A stretch of DNA of 64,000 nucleotides from Octopus vulgaris (Eukaryota): assembly GCA_951406725.2 (NCBI GenBank), contig OX597814.1, forward strand, positions 186,992,001 through 187,056,000, in the 5' to 3' direction. The stretch's first letter is position 1. Every line of letters starts with the position of its first letter. A program made the translations under genes and the position numbers. A model generated the notes under the pieces. That model searched no databases. It was not told the origin of the DNA and worked only from the letters and a program-made list of their open reading frames with translations. Positions 25,007-37,422 of the stretch are shown piece by piece.

Positions 25007-25897
25007 TACTGTCACGACTGATGTCATGTAAAGAGACAGTTTTCCTGAGCACTTGTGTAGCTGGTCATGTATGCAGTTTATAGAACTAAAAACTTTCAAT
25101 CACTACCTTTTATTTGTCTACTGAAGGGTGATTTTTTTTGTAGGAACAGGAATAGTATCTAATACTTCCCTCCTGTTAATATTTGGAAAGATTTGAGATG
25201 ATAGTATTTCAAATATTTTTCAGATATTTTTAGCATCAGAAAACAAATTAGTGTCTATTAATGCTGTGGATGACATGTACACTAATTTGGAATAACATAT
25301 TTTGAACATAACAAACATATCTCTAAGGGCATTCACATCAAAACAGCAACTGCCTAACACATTAATAAGTCATCAAATTAAGAAATGTGTTGATTTTTGA
25401 TAGTATGTTATTTGCTGTTTCCTTAAAAGGTCAATAAAGATTATCTTACAGGTTAAGGTTCTTCTTACTTGTCATTGAAGAATCTGCTATAGGAATTATT
25501 TGATCTTGGCAGTTAAAAACTAGTTAACATGGCTAATAGATGACATTAATCTTGGAGGAAAACACTGAGACAATATCAAGGTCCAAGTACACCTGGCAAT
25601 CTGCTTCACATAAACAGAAATAATTTGAATCCTAATTATCATGATGTTTACAGTTGTTGAAGAGGAACAATATGTTGGAAAAAGAAAATAATGGGATACC
25701 ATATTTCATACATTTCCGGTACATTTTTTAATTACAAAACTTGTTCAGGGTGTTGTCTCTTTATAACATTGTATTCTTGATTATTTGTACAGTTTTCAAC
25801 ATTTATCTGGAGGAATGTGTGCACAACTACCAACAGAGGTTCCAGGCTCAATCCTACTGTCTTCTGCAATAATCTCAGGTGGACAGAAACTGTGAAA

Positions 25898-26130
25898 GGT
25901 GGCGAGTTGGCAGAATCGTTAGCATGCCGGGTGAAATGCTTAACAGTATTGCGTCTGCCGTTACGTTCTGAGTTCAAATTCTGCCAAGGTCAACTTTGCC
26001 TTTCATCCTTTCGGGGTCGATAAATAAAGTCCCAGTTATGCACTGGAGTCGATGTAATCGACTTAATCCCTTTGTCTGTCCTTGTTTTTCCTCTCTATGT
26101 TTAGCCCCTTGTGGGTAATAAAGAAATAAG
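25898..26130 (+). mobile_element. tRNA-derived SINE family B
   Basis: ggcgagttggcagaa...gagttcaaattc (B box)...tttcatcctttcggggtcgataaa, resembling a Deu/Nin central block. TSD agaaactgtgaaa. Confidence 0.9.
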
Positions 26131-26681
26131 AAACTGTGAAAGTCTGTCTGGCAGTACCTGTTCACAGGTAGCAGACTTAGTCCATCATTAGTTTAACGCC
26201 AACACCTGAGTCTTGCATACTTTTAGTGAGATCTACTCAGTTTCAAATGTTTTGACCAGCTGTTTTGATTTAAAGATACCTAGGATTCTTGATTTGTTGT
26301 TTCCTATGGCAGCAAATCATGATCTATGGTTTCTTCTTTCCTTTCTATTCACATGTCTGGGAGGACCTGCAAAGAGCATGGACATTGTTCTCTTCCTCCT
26401 CAGACTAAGCTTTTCTCATCACCCTTGTTTAATGTGCACTTTTCCATGCTTGCATAGGTTGGAAAAAGTTTATTGCAGTAGATTTTCTACTGCCAGATGC
26501 CCTTCCTCTTGCCAGATCTCACTTGTTTTAAGGTAAGGTAAATATTTCCCCATGACCAGATGTATTTCCAAAGAATACTGGAAATGAATGACATTTATTT
26601 ACAACAATCATGTGGTGTCAAGACAATGAGACACAAACATACACTCAAATGCACATACATACATGCATTTTATTTATTTAT

Positions 26682-26973
26682 GCACCATTTTCAAGCCTAG
26701 CCAGGCTCATGGGCCTAGTTTCTGTGGCATATGTGTTCTCCCCAGCTGGACAGGACGCCAGTCCATCGCAGTGTTACCCAAGAAACAAGAAGAAAGAGTG
26801 AAAGAAAGTTGGGGTGAAAGAGTACAACAGGGGTTGGCCCCACCCCTGCCGGACCCAGGTGGAGCTTTAGGTGTTTTCGCTCAATAAACCCACATAACGT
26901 CCAGTCTGGGAATCGAAACCGCGATCCTCTGACCATGAGTCTGCTGCCCTAACCACTGGGCCATTGCGCCTCC
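26682..26973 (-). mobile_element. tRNA-derived SINE family C (tail type 1)
   Basis: Head ggaggcgcaatggcccagtggttaggg...ggtttcgattcc. Confidence 0.85.
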
Positions 26974-27195
26974 ACATACATCTTTTATCGTTTATCTTTT
27001 ACTTGTTTCAGACATTTAGACTGAGCCATGCTTGGGAACCACCTTGGAGAATTTTAGTCAAACGAATCAACCTCAATACCTATTTATTTTTAAGCCTGAT
27101 AATTAATTTATCATTCTTTTTTGCTGAACTGCTAAGTTACCAGAATGGAAACACAGCAACATTGGTTGTCAAGTAATGGTGGAGGATACTTATAA

Positions 27196-27303
27196 ATAAT
27201 TGTTTCGAGCCATCTAGCATCGATCCCTAATTGGTGGGATACTAAACATCTGGTTTAGATGTATCCCATGAGGGATCAATGCTAGATAGGTCAAAACAAT
27301 TAT
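27196..27303. repeat. ~108-bp imperfect palindrome ending in hammerhead-like 3' halves
   Basis: Outer arms ataattgtttcgagccatctagcatcgatccct and agggatcaatgctagataggtcaaaacaattat; inner arms tgggatac and gtatccca. Confidence 0.85.
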
Positions 27304-27454
27304 AGTGATCAATAAACTTCCTCATATATTTCATCTTCTGTCTCTCATTAATCAAATACCCAATGGACACTGAGAAAATGAATGTGCTTTACCAGTAAAC
27401 TACCAGGTGGATACCATATGATTTATTAACTAATAAACATATATATATGTCTTT

Positions 27455-27848
27455 TACTCTCTCTTTATGCTTTTACTTGTTTCAGTCATTTGACTGTGGT
27501 CATGCTGGAGCACCACCTTTTAGTCAAACAAATCAATCCCAGGACATATTCTTTGTAAGCCTAGTACTTATTCTATCCGTCTCTTTTGCTGAACTGCTTA
27601 GTTATGAGGATGTAAACACCAGCGTCAGTTGTCAAGCGATGTTGGGGGGACAAACACAGACACACACGTACATATATATATATATATATATATGACAGGC
27701 TCCTTTCAGTTTCCGTCTACCAAATCCACTCACAAGACTTTGGTCGGCTCGAGGCTATAGTAAAAGACACTTGCCCAAGGTGCCACGCAGTGGGACTGAA
27801 CCCGGAACCATGTGGTTCATAAGCAAGCTACTTACCACACAGTCACTA
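27455..27848 (-). mobile_element. SINE family A
   Basis: Full-length copy. A related partial copy lies at ~26985-27180. Confidence 0.88.
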
Positions 27849-27861
27849 TATATCTATATAT

Positions 27862-29285
27862 CATCATCATTTAATGTCTGTTTTCCATGCTGGCATGGGT
27901 TGGACAGTTTGACAGGATCTGGCAAGGCCAGGAGTCACACCAGGTTTCATACTGTTTTGGTTTGGTTTCTAACACCACCCATTTTATAGTATACTAAGTG
28001 CTTTTTATGTGGTACCATTACAAGTGGTACTATCACCAATGCTTTTTACATGGCACCAGCACCAGTGCTTTTTATGTGGCACCAGCACCAACACCAATGC
28101 TTTTTACATGGCACCTTGGTTTTAGGATACCAATTCTATTGTGGAAGCATGAGTTCTTGAGTACAGCAATACCCCACATATCTTGGTCCTCTGTCAGCAT
28201 TTTGAAATCAGCCATCAATACTTTGTCCCATATTTTCCTGGGTCTTCCTCTTCCCCAACTTCCCTCCATTTTGAGTGATCAGCACTTGCTTATGCAACTG
28301 TCCTCAGCTGGTGTTTTAAGGTCCATCTGTATCATCTGACCAAATCAGCACAGTCTCCTTTCTCATACACTGCATATAATTCCTCTTATGATTAACTTTT
28401 CTCTCCATCCACAAGTTCATTTTCTACACATGCATCATACACTCTCCTTTTAACTTAGGGAAAAACCTTTGGTTATCAACAGAGGAAAAAGCTCTCTGAA
28501 CTTTATCCATCCTATTCTTATTTTAGAAATTACACAGTTTCTTATTTCTTTATTGCCCACAAATAAACATAGAGGGGACAAACAAGGACAGACAAAGGGA
28601 TAAAGTTGATTACATCGACCCCAGTGCATAACTGGTACTTAATTTATTGACCCTGAAAGGATGAAAGGCAAAGTTGACCTCAGCAGAATTTGAACTCAGA
28701 ATGTAACAGCAGACGAAATACGGCTAAGCATTTAGCCTGGCATGCTAACGTTTCTGCCAGCTCGTCGCCTTTCTGTACAACTGCCACCACTGTTAATAAA
28801 GACACCTAGGTAGTAAAAACTTCCAAAGAGCCTCTGAGACATTTGAGAAAATCTGTTTCCCATGTATCTGTGGCTTTTATGGCTCCTGTACATCTTCCAC
28901 ATACAAACACTACTTTCTCTGTTAATCTTCTTACTATTTCACTGCACCTCTTGTGGATATATAGCTTGCGCTAGGTACACCAAATGGAATTTCTACCTAC
29001 ACCCTTCCTACATATCAAGCAGGGCCATTTACCTGAAGAGAGAAGAGTCCTGTCCAATTTCTTGCTTACTAGGACCTTGTTCTTTGCTAAGTTAACCTTA
29101 AAACACCAGATTCTGTTTCCATACCTGGGATTTCTTTACTAACTCTGTTACAGATTCTATGTGGACCAGATCAACAACATATAGTAGTTCCCATGGGCTT
29201 CCATTCTGAATTCCTCTGTTAGTCCTTGGAGGATGATGATGAATAGTAGGGGGGCTGAGGATTGAGCCTTGGTGAATACCTACCT
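27862..29285 (-). mobile_element. Decayed RTE LINE (RT to 3'UTR), interrupted by SINE B
   Basis: Translations QVGIHQGSILSP, PWELLYVVDLV and GRGRPRKIWDKV, then a 3'UTR ending in (gat)n. Confidence 0.8.
28538..28770 (-). mobile_element. SINE family B
   Basis: Reverse complement of the 25898 family. Confidence 0.88.
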
Positions 29286-29419
29286 GTGTAAATGCACACA
29301 CACACACACACACTTTGCTTATTTTTACACTTTGGTTTTTTGCTGAATTTTTTTCTTGAGAACACATTCTTTGTGGAAAATGGCAATTTTGACGTCTATA
29401 TCTAGCATATAGGCTGTCC

Positions 29420-29449
<30 letters not shown>

Positions 29450-29457
<8 letters not shown>

Positions 29458-29752
29458 ACCAACCAGGCCATCAGATGTTGCTACACATCGCTGGTCACAA
29501 TGCGCTTCGCATTGTTTTAGCCTTCAAATGACGCCACTCCACTGGCTAAGCAAGCAGGCCAACAGAAGAAAGAGTGACAGAAAGTTGTGGTGAAAGAGTA
29601 CAGCAGGGATCACCACTACACCCTACTGGAGCCTCGTGGAGCTTCTAGGGTGGTTTTCGCTCAATAAACACTCACAACGCCTGGTCTGGGAATCGAAACC
29701 GCAATCTTACGACCGCGAGTCCACTGTCCTAACCACTGGACCATTGCGCCTC

Positions 29753-29753
<1 letters not shown>
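29450..29753 (-). mobile_element. SINE family C (tail type 2)
   Basis: Same head and body as 26682-26973, with a different 3' module. Confidence 0.85.
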
Positions 29754-29774
<21 letters not shown>

Positions 29775-29791
<17 letters not shown>

Positions 29792-29948
29792 GATGGGCTT
29801 CTTTCAGTTTCCATCAATCAAATTCACTCTCAGGGTTTTGGTTGGCCCAAGGCTATTGTAGAAGACACTTGTTCAAGGTGCTACACAGGACTGAACTTGA
29901 AACCATGTTGTTGGGAAGCAAACTTCTTAGCCACACAGCCACATCTGT
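29775..29948 (-). mobile_element. SINE family A, 5' half
   Basis: gggcttctttcagtttcc...ccacacagccac. Confidence 0.8.
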
Positions 29949-30416
29949 AACCTAAATGTGTGTGTAAGTGTGTGTGTGTATATGTATATATATATATATA
30001 TAATCCTGAAAAGGTAGTTGTTATTTATTATCTCAGTTATAATGATCCTGTATAGAACTCAAATAATGGAGTCACATTCTTTCTTCCAGAACCCAAGTTC
30101 AGTCTTATTTTTTAACTCAGATCAGTCCTGTTCCTCTAATGATAAATATTGAAAGTTGAAAATACCAGATTTGTAAATTCTTTTTTGGTGGTCAATAAAT
30201 GTTTTCTTTCTTTCTTACATTTTTATTAGAAATTTATTGTCAAGTAAACAGCTGACTTCTGTAATATGGAACATGTTTTTTTATATATCTTGTTCTCTCA
30301 AATAACAATGTCAGGCTGGTTGTATTTTAATTAAAAATAGCTGCTGCTTAAATTTTCGAGTTTCACAAGTATTCTTCTATCCACGTGTCTCAGTGTATAT
30401 GAGTGGGCATGTGTGT

Positions 30417-30448
<32 letters not shown>

Positions 30449-30899
30449 TTGTGTGTGTGTGTATGTGTGTGTGTGTGTGTGTGTTACTCTTAAACAAGAA
30501 TGTTGTTGACAGTGACTTCGAAGTTTCAACCAGCTAAGCCATCATCAGACTGCATACATGTATGTATGTATGTATGTATGGGCTAACTGTATGCTTGAAG
30601 AATCTTTTTGGGAGTGTTTTGTTTCAATGAAAAATACAAGGGTTCGAAATTTGGTACACCTGCCTTATACTTAATATCATGATATTTAATGACAGAAAGG
30701 AAACTGGATCAATACATAGAAAATTGTGTGAATAATCTTGGAATGACCCCTAAAAATAGAGCTAATCTCATCAGTTGCTACTCTGACCAATATAAAATAG
30801 AAATCTATATTTGTCTCTCCTTTCATGTAAACATATGTGAATGTGTATAAAGTACTTCTAACTCCCAGACAGAAACTCAATAATATATAAGTTAATATA

Positions 30900-31032
30900 T
30901 AGGTAGATATATATATATATATATAAATGTTTAGATAGATATACTTTTGAGTATGTGTGTGCATACACATTCTTGTGTGTATGTATATATATAAATATAT
31001 ACATATATATATATATATATATACATACATAC

Positions 31033-31083
<51 letters not shown>

Positions 31084-31086
31084 CAT

Positions 31087-31117
<31 letters not shown>

Positions 31118-31364
31118 CATACATACATACATATACATACACATATACATACATATATATATACATATAAATATATATATATATATATATATAAACACAT
31201 GCATACATCCTTGCACATACATATTTACATATATGCATATAAGCAAATGTTAATGCATTCATATGTACATACACACATATATTTATATGCTTAGGCATAT
31301 AAATGCATATGTACATATATACATTTGTGTGTATATATATACATATATATACACATATTGTATG

Positions 31365-31415
<51 letters not shown>

Positions 31416-31780
31416 CACACACAGACACACGCATACATGTACATACTAGTCTTTGTTTCCATGCACACACATGAATACTTATATATACATATATTGTACA
31501 CACAAACTCTTTTGTTTACTTTCTCCAAAACCCACATGTGTTCACAAAATACTCTCTTACTCTTTTTATCTGTCTCACTTTTTCTCACACACACACATAT
31601 GCATGCATACATGAACATACATTTACACACACACACACATATACATGCACACACATACATGCACACATACACACACAAATACACATTTTTATTCGTCTAC
31701 TACCACACACACACACATACACTCACACACACACGCGCGTGCACACACACACACACGCGCACGCACACACACACACACAG
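30900..31780. repeat. Compound (TA)n/(TACA)n/(CA)n microsatellite tract
   Basis: About 0.9 kb of low-complexity alternating purine/pyrimidine sequence. Confidence 0.9.
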
Positions 31781-33023
31781 AGTAAGTGCTTAAGAATTTC
31801 AGGTCAGCTGAGAAATCATTAAGCAAACAACAATATGTTTGAATATTGATCGAAACCAAAGCAATTATTTCCAAATGTTGCAGATTCCACCAGCAGTCTG
31901 ATTTATGATCAATACTGCCTTAGAAAGCTTTGAAAAGCCAATAATTCACTTCTCTTTACTGACAAAACCAGGCAAGAAGACAGTCGTTGTTGCTTCGTCT
32001 TTCTACCTGAAACTCCTCCTCTATCCTCATCGTAGTATATAAAAAACAAAATAAAACAGCAATATATTAAACAAACACAAAAGCATAATAAAGAGATGTC
32101 TGCGTTTATGAAACTCTGTAGGTTTTTAGCCTCTCTGTTCAATTGGTCAGTAAAGTTATATAGAATTTGACCTGTACAAAATTATTTGTTATTTTTATAT
32201 CTTGCTGGCAGCAAATTGTAATGTACTTTCTAATTCTGGAAATAGGAAATGAATTTTCTTTTGAGGACCTAAATTTGTGTGCATGTGTATGTGTGTGTGT
32301 GTGTTCTTTATTTTACATTTTTATTGTCAGAGGATATCTGGGGTGGAATGGCTACACTTTTCGTATGGGTCATTTACTTTATGTTTGCTTTTTTAGTTTT
32401 TCCTTCATATTTTGACCAGGTGGTGACTTGTTAAAGAGTGACACCATGTTGCTATAAAGAAGGCTGATTGTGATCAGAGTTGATGTGTTGGCAGAATTTC
32501 TATTGGCTTTTATTTATTTTATTTTTTTAACAGTGCATCATGCTTCCCTTTCCTTCATGGACACTAGAGGTAAATAAACTTCTTTCTTTCATGAGCAATT
32601 TATTATAAAAACCTGATAAGTTACAATTTTCTCACTTCTATTACAATTATAATTTCTAATATTGGCATAAGGCCACATATTTATAGGAGAGGAGGTATAC
32701 TCAATTGAATTGCATGTCAAGAGAGGTAACTAAACACCAAAGAGCATTTTGTCCAACGTTCTACTGAATCTACCATCCAACACCCTCACCTGTATTATGA
32801 TAAGGAATTTATATTGCCGCATGGCAAATTGTGGAATGAGATAAATTTTGCTGCATTAACCCTGGTGTATAGATGGCGCTTATTTTATCAACACCAAGAG
32901 GATAAGTAACAATGACAACCTGGGTGCAATTTAAACTTTGAACAAAGAAAGACTAAACTGAATAATGCAAAGCCCTTAATCTGGCTGAGTGATATCTTGG
33001 CTTACCTATAATGTCCTCACCTA

Positions 33024-33725
33024 TCATCATCATCATCATCATCGTTTAACGTCTGCTTTCCATGCTAGCACGGGTTGGACGATTTGACTGAGGACTGGTG
33101 AACCAGATGGCTGCACCAGGCTCCAATCTGATTTGGCAGCTGGATGCCCTTCCTAATGCCAACCACTCCGAGAGTGTAGTGGGTGCTTTTACGTGCCACC
33201 AGAACGAGGTCCAGTCAGGCGATACTGGCAATGGCCACGCTCAAATGGTGTTTTTTATGTTCCACCTGCACAGGAGCCAGTCCAGTGGCACTGGCAACGA
33301 CCTCGCTCGAATGTTTTTTTACATGCCACCAGCACAAGTGCCAGTAAGGCAACGCAGGTAACGATGACATTCAAATGGTGTTTTTTACGTGCCACCGGTA
33401 CGGAGGCCAGCTTGTTGCTCTGGCAATGATCACGCTCGTATGGTACTCTTAGCACTCCACTAGCACGGATGCCAGGCATCAAATTTGATTTCGATTTCAC
33501 TTACCTCGACAAGTCTTCGCAAGCCGAGTTTAGTGTCCAATGAAGGAAGCGTACGCATAAGTGGACTGGTTACACCCCTGGCATAGGCCGCAAGGCTTGA
33601 GCTTGCCGAGTCTTCTCAAGCACAGCATATTTCCAAAGGTCCTGGTCACTAGTCATTACCTCGATGAGGCCCAATGTTCGAAGGTCATGCTTCACCACCT
33701 CATCCCAGGTTTTCCTGGGTCTACA
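33024..33725 (-). mobile_element. RTE LINE 3' end
   Basis: Similar to 20652-21330. Ends in the RPRKTWDEVVKHDL coding segment. Confidence 0.88.
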
Positions 33726-34336
33726 GGTTGCAAATGCAGTGGACAGATCTTCTGTGAAAGCTTTCTTTAGAGCTGTTTGATCTTCTCAGCATGCAGTTGG
33801 TCCACTTTGTCCATTTCAAGATACAGTATCAATGAATTTTCCCCCAAATACAGAGCCATGTGACTTGCCATATCCTCAATACCTTGCAACCTGGCCACCA
33901 ACTTGATCTTCTGAATCCAGACAATAACATCTTCCTTGCCACAGAAGGGTCTGGTGGCATTACTACTGATCCATATTTTTGTTGGCATATTGTCCAGAAA
34001 GTGGAAGGAAATGAGAAAAAAAAAAGCAAAAAAAAAAAACTGAAATAGCTTGTGGTATGGGGTAAAGCATAGTTCACCTACCTCACAGGTCCTCTCGTAA
34101 CATCGGTCCTTTCCAGCTGAGATATATCCATGCCTAAACCCTGGTCACAAACAAACAGTAAATTCCCTGAACTCATGTGGCCACTAAGTCCATCCCAAGC
34201 AAGAGCCCCACAGCAAAAGAGGCTTACACTAGTTATCCTTCTGCCCACATGATCCTCCTTGCTCCTCTTCCTCCAGCAAGGCCCCTTGGCCATTTGCGAG
34301 ATGTCATTGGCTCTATACTTCTACCCCCTCCTTACA
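33726..34336 (-). mobile_element. Gypsy-like LTR retrotransposon remnant (5' LTR ~34051-34336 plus gag N-terminus)
   Basis: PFCGKEDVIVWIQKIKLVARLQGIEDMASHMALYLGENSLILYLEM is gag-like. The putative LTR runs TGTAAG...CCACA. Confidence 0.65.
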
Positions 34337-34349
34337 CCCATATTATGAA

Positions 34350-34508
34350 GTGCAGATGTGGCTGTGTGGTTAAGAAGTTTGCTTCCCAGCCATAACGTTC
34401 AGGGTTCAGTACCACTGTATAGTACCTTGAGCAAGGGTCTTTTACAATAGCCCAAAGCCAACCAAAGCTTTATGAGTGAATTTGGTAGAGAGAAACTGAA
34501 AGAAGCCT

Positions 34509-34515
<7 letters not shown>
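34350..34515 (+). mobile_element. SINE family A, 5' half (old)
   Basis: tggctgtgtggttaagaag...gaaactgaaagaagcc. Confidence 0.75.
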
Positions 34516-34543
<28 letters not shown>

Positions 34544-34730
34544 TAAGCAATTAAGGGTTTAGCAACGAATTGCCTCACCAACACACCGAATTTAGAAATA
34601 GCAGTCAAAGAGATATAGCTATTCCTTCTACTAAAAGGGAGATCTCAGTAAAAACACAGCACTTGAAAGGCAAACACAGACAGGTAAGAAAGAATGAAAT
34701 GACGGCAATCTATCATACAATTTTAAGTTA

Positions 34731-34822
34731 CCTACGGACGTACGTTTCGAAATCAAGTTTTAGGAAAGCATAAGAATTAGAAAATTCTACCTTACCCAAA
34801 CTTCTTTTCTCATCGGCGTAGG
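34731..34822 (-). ncRNA. Minimal type-I hammerhead motif with a CCGAUGA core variant, in a probable PLE pLTR (~34545-34835)
   Basis: cctacg-CCGATGA-gaaa...tttc-GAAAC-gtac-GTC-cgtagg, with a perfect 6-bp stem I, the palindrome acgtacgt, and a GUC site. Confidence 0.75.
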
Positions 34823-34894
34823 ATACTAATTGTATATTAAATATATATATATATATATTGGACATAAGAAGCATCAGATGTGGTGTTCAAGGGA

Positions 34895-35578
34895 GATGAC
34901 TGTGCTGCATATGGATGAGGAGAGCTGTGTGAAAAAGTGTCACTCCCTAACAGTGCTAGCAACCCATGGAAGAGGGAAACCCAGGAAGACATGGGATGAG
35001 GTACTGAAGCATGACCTTCAAACGATGGGCCTCACAGCGGCAATGATGAAAGACTCAGACCTCTGGAGATATGCTGTGATTGAGAAAACCCAGTAAAGAA
35101 AGTGATATCACAGCCATAGCCTACACCAGTGTCACATAACCAGCCCATTTAAAAAGTTCCTTTGAATTGTCGGCCGACATTCCATGTTTGAGGAGACCTA
35201 TTGAGTCAAGTAAATCAAAATCAAATCAAATCACAATCAAATGGAAATTGTAGTTGTGGCCATTACCAGTGCTGGTGGCATGCAGTAAGCACCATTCATT
35301 CATGTGTGGGTCTCTGCCAGAGCTGCTTACTTGGCTCCCCGTGCCAGTGGTACATAAAAAGCACCATCTAAATGTAGTCAATGCCAACTCCCCTGCTCTG
35401 ACTGACTCCTGTGCCAGTGGCACATAAAAAGCACCGTCCAAACATGGCCAATGCCAGTGCGACCTAACTAGCTCCCGTGCTGGTGGCACATAAAAAGTAC
35501 CCACTATGCTCTCGGAGTGGTTGGTATTAGGAAAGGCATCCAGCTGTAGAAACATTGTCAGATCAGATTGGAGCCTGG
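34895..35578 (+). mobile_element. RTE LINE 3' fragment
   Basis: HMDEESCVKKCHSL..GRGKPRKTWDEVLKHDL...WRYAVIEKT, followed by 3'UTR units. Confidence 0.85.
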
Positions 35579-35589
35579 TAATAATAATG

Positions 35590-35931
35590 TTTCTAATATA
35601 TGTGCAAGGCTACAAACATAGCAGGGGTGGAGATTAGTTGATTAAATAAATTTTGGTACTTGACTGGTACTTTATTTTATGGGTGAAAGGCAAAGATGAT
35701 TTCAACAAATTTTGAGCTCCATTTCAGAGAACCCTAAACCACAAAGCTTTCTATCCAATTCCCTAACAGTTCTGTCAATTCACTGTTGTAGCAATAATAA
35801 TAGTTTTAATGTAGACATAATTAAGGAGGGGAATGAACAGTCCATTCCATCGACTTCAATATTTAACTTAGTACTTTATTTTATGAACCTGGTGGAATGG
35901 AAGACAAAGTTGACTACAGTGAGATTTGAAC

Positions 35932-35965
<34 letters not shown>

Positions 35966-36800
35966 TTAACATCCGCTTTCCATGCTAGCATGGGTCGGAT
36001 GATATGACTGAGGACTGGTGAACCAGATGGCTGCACCAGGCTCCAATCTGATCTGGCAGAGTTTCTACAGCTGGATGCCCTTCCTAAAGCCAACCACTCC
36101 GAGAGTGAGTCGATCATGCACCGGGTCATGTGGGGCTACGCATTGGCAGAAAGGAGCAACGAGAACATCCCTTCCAGACGGTCACCTTTTCTGATCAGTG
36201 AGATTTTTCCAGTACTTTCTACTATAGGTAGAAGGCCTGGAATTTATGGGGTAGGGTTTAACTGATCATATTGACCCAAGTACTTGACTGGTACTTAATT
36301 TATCAACCCCGAAAGGAAGAAACGCAAAGTTGACCTCAGTGGAATTTGAACTAAGCATTTCTGCCAGCTTGCCGCCTTAGTAACAACAATAATAATAACA
36401 ATAATAATAATAATTCTTTCTAATTTTAGTATAAGGCCAGCAATTTTGAGCAGAAGGATGAAAGGCAAAGTTAACTTTGACAGAATTTGAACTCAAAACA
36501 TAAAGCTGAAAGAAATGCTGCTTAGCATTCTGTCTGGCATGCAAACGGTTCTACCTTCTGTCGACTTGCTGCTTTAATAATGATGATGGTTTCAAATGTT
36601 GGTGCAAGGCCTGCAATTTCACGAGAGGGGTTAAGCCAATTTTCTTGACCCCAGTATTTAACTTGTACTTATTTTATCAACCCCAAAAGGAAGTAAGGCA
36701 AAGTTGACCTTGGTGAAATTTGAACTCAGAATGTAAAGATGTACAAAATGCCAATTATCGTTTTGTTCAGCATGCAAATGATTCTGCAAACTAGCTGTTT
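35590..36800 (-). repeat. Cluster of old SINE-B-like fragments (others at 21740-21960, 40440-40610, 54560-54700, 57655-57870, 58700-58870, 63100-63230)
   Basis: Repeated ggtacttattttatc..gaaaggatgaaaggcaaagttgacc..gaatttgaactc blocks. Confidence 0.7.
35933..36107 (-). mobile_element. 5'-truncated RTE 3' end
   Basis: (cat)n-ttaacatccgctttccatgctagcatggg...ccactccgagagtg. Confidence 0.85.
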
Positions 36801-36870
36801 TAATTATAATAAAAGCAATAATTATTATCATTCTATGCCTTTAATTTCTTTGAGGTGCAGTAACAATATA

Positions 36871-36923
<53 letters not shown>

Positions 36924-37085
36924 GTGCAGGCATGGCTATGTGGTAAGAAGCTTAATTCCCAATCAGATGGTTCCGGGTTCAGTCTCACTGCAGGGCACCT
37001 TGGGTAAGTGCCTTCTACTATAGCCTCGGGCCAACCAAAGCCTTGTGAGTGGATCTGGTAGACGGAAACTGAAAGAAACCCATCA

Positions 37086-37143
<58 letters not shown>

Positions 37144-37422
37144 CATATGCATATATATATTTATATATATATGCATATATATATGCATGCATGTATTTAT
37201 GTGTATGTGTGTGTCAGTGTTTGTCCCCCTCCTGTCGCTTGACAACTAATGCTAGTGTATTTATGCCCCCATAACTTAGTGGTTCAGCAAAAGGGTCCGA
37301 TAGAATAAGTATTAGGCCTACAAAGAATAAGTCCTAGGGTCGATTTCTTCAACTAAAACCCTTTAAGGTGGTGCTCCAGTATGACTGGAGTCACCTGACT
37401 GAAACAAGTAAAAGAATAAAAG
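36924..37422 (+). mobile_element. SINE family A
   Basis: Full copy with an expanded microsatellite. Confidence 0.88.
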
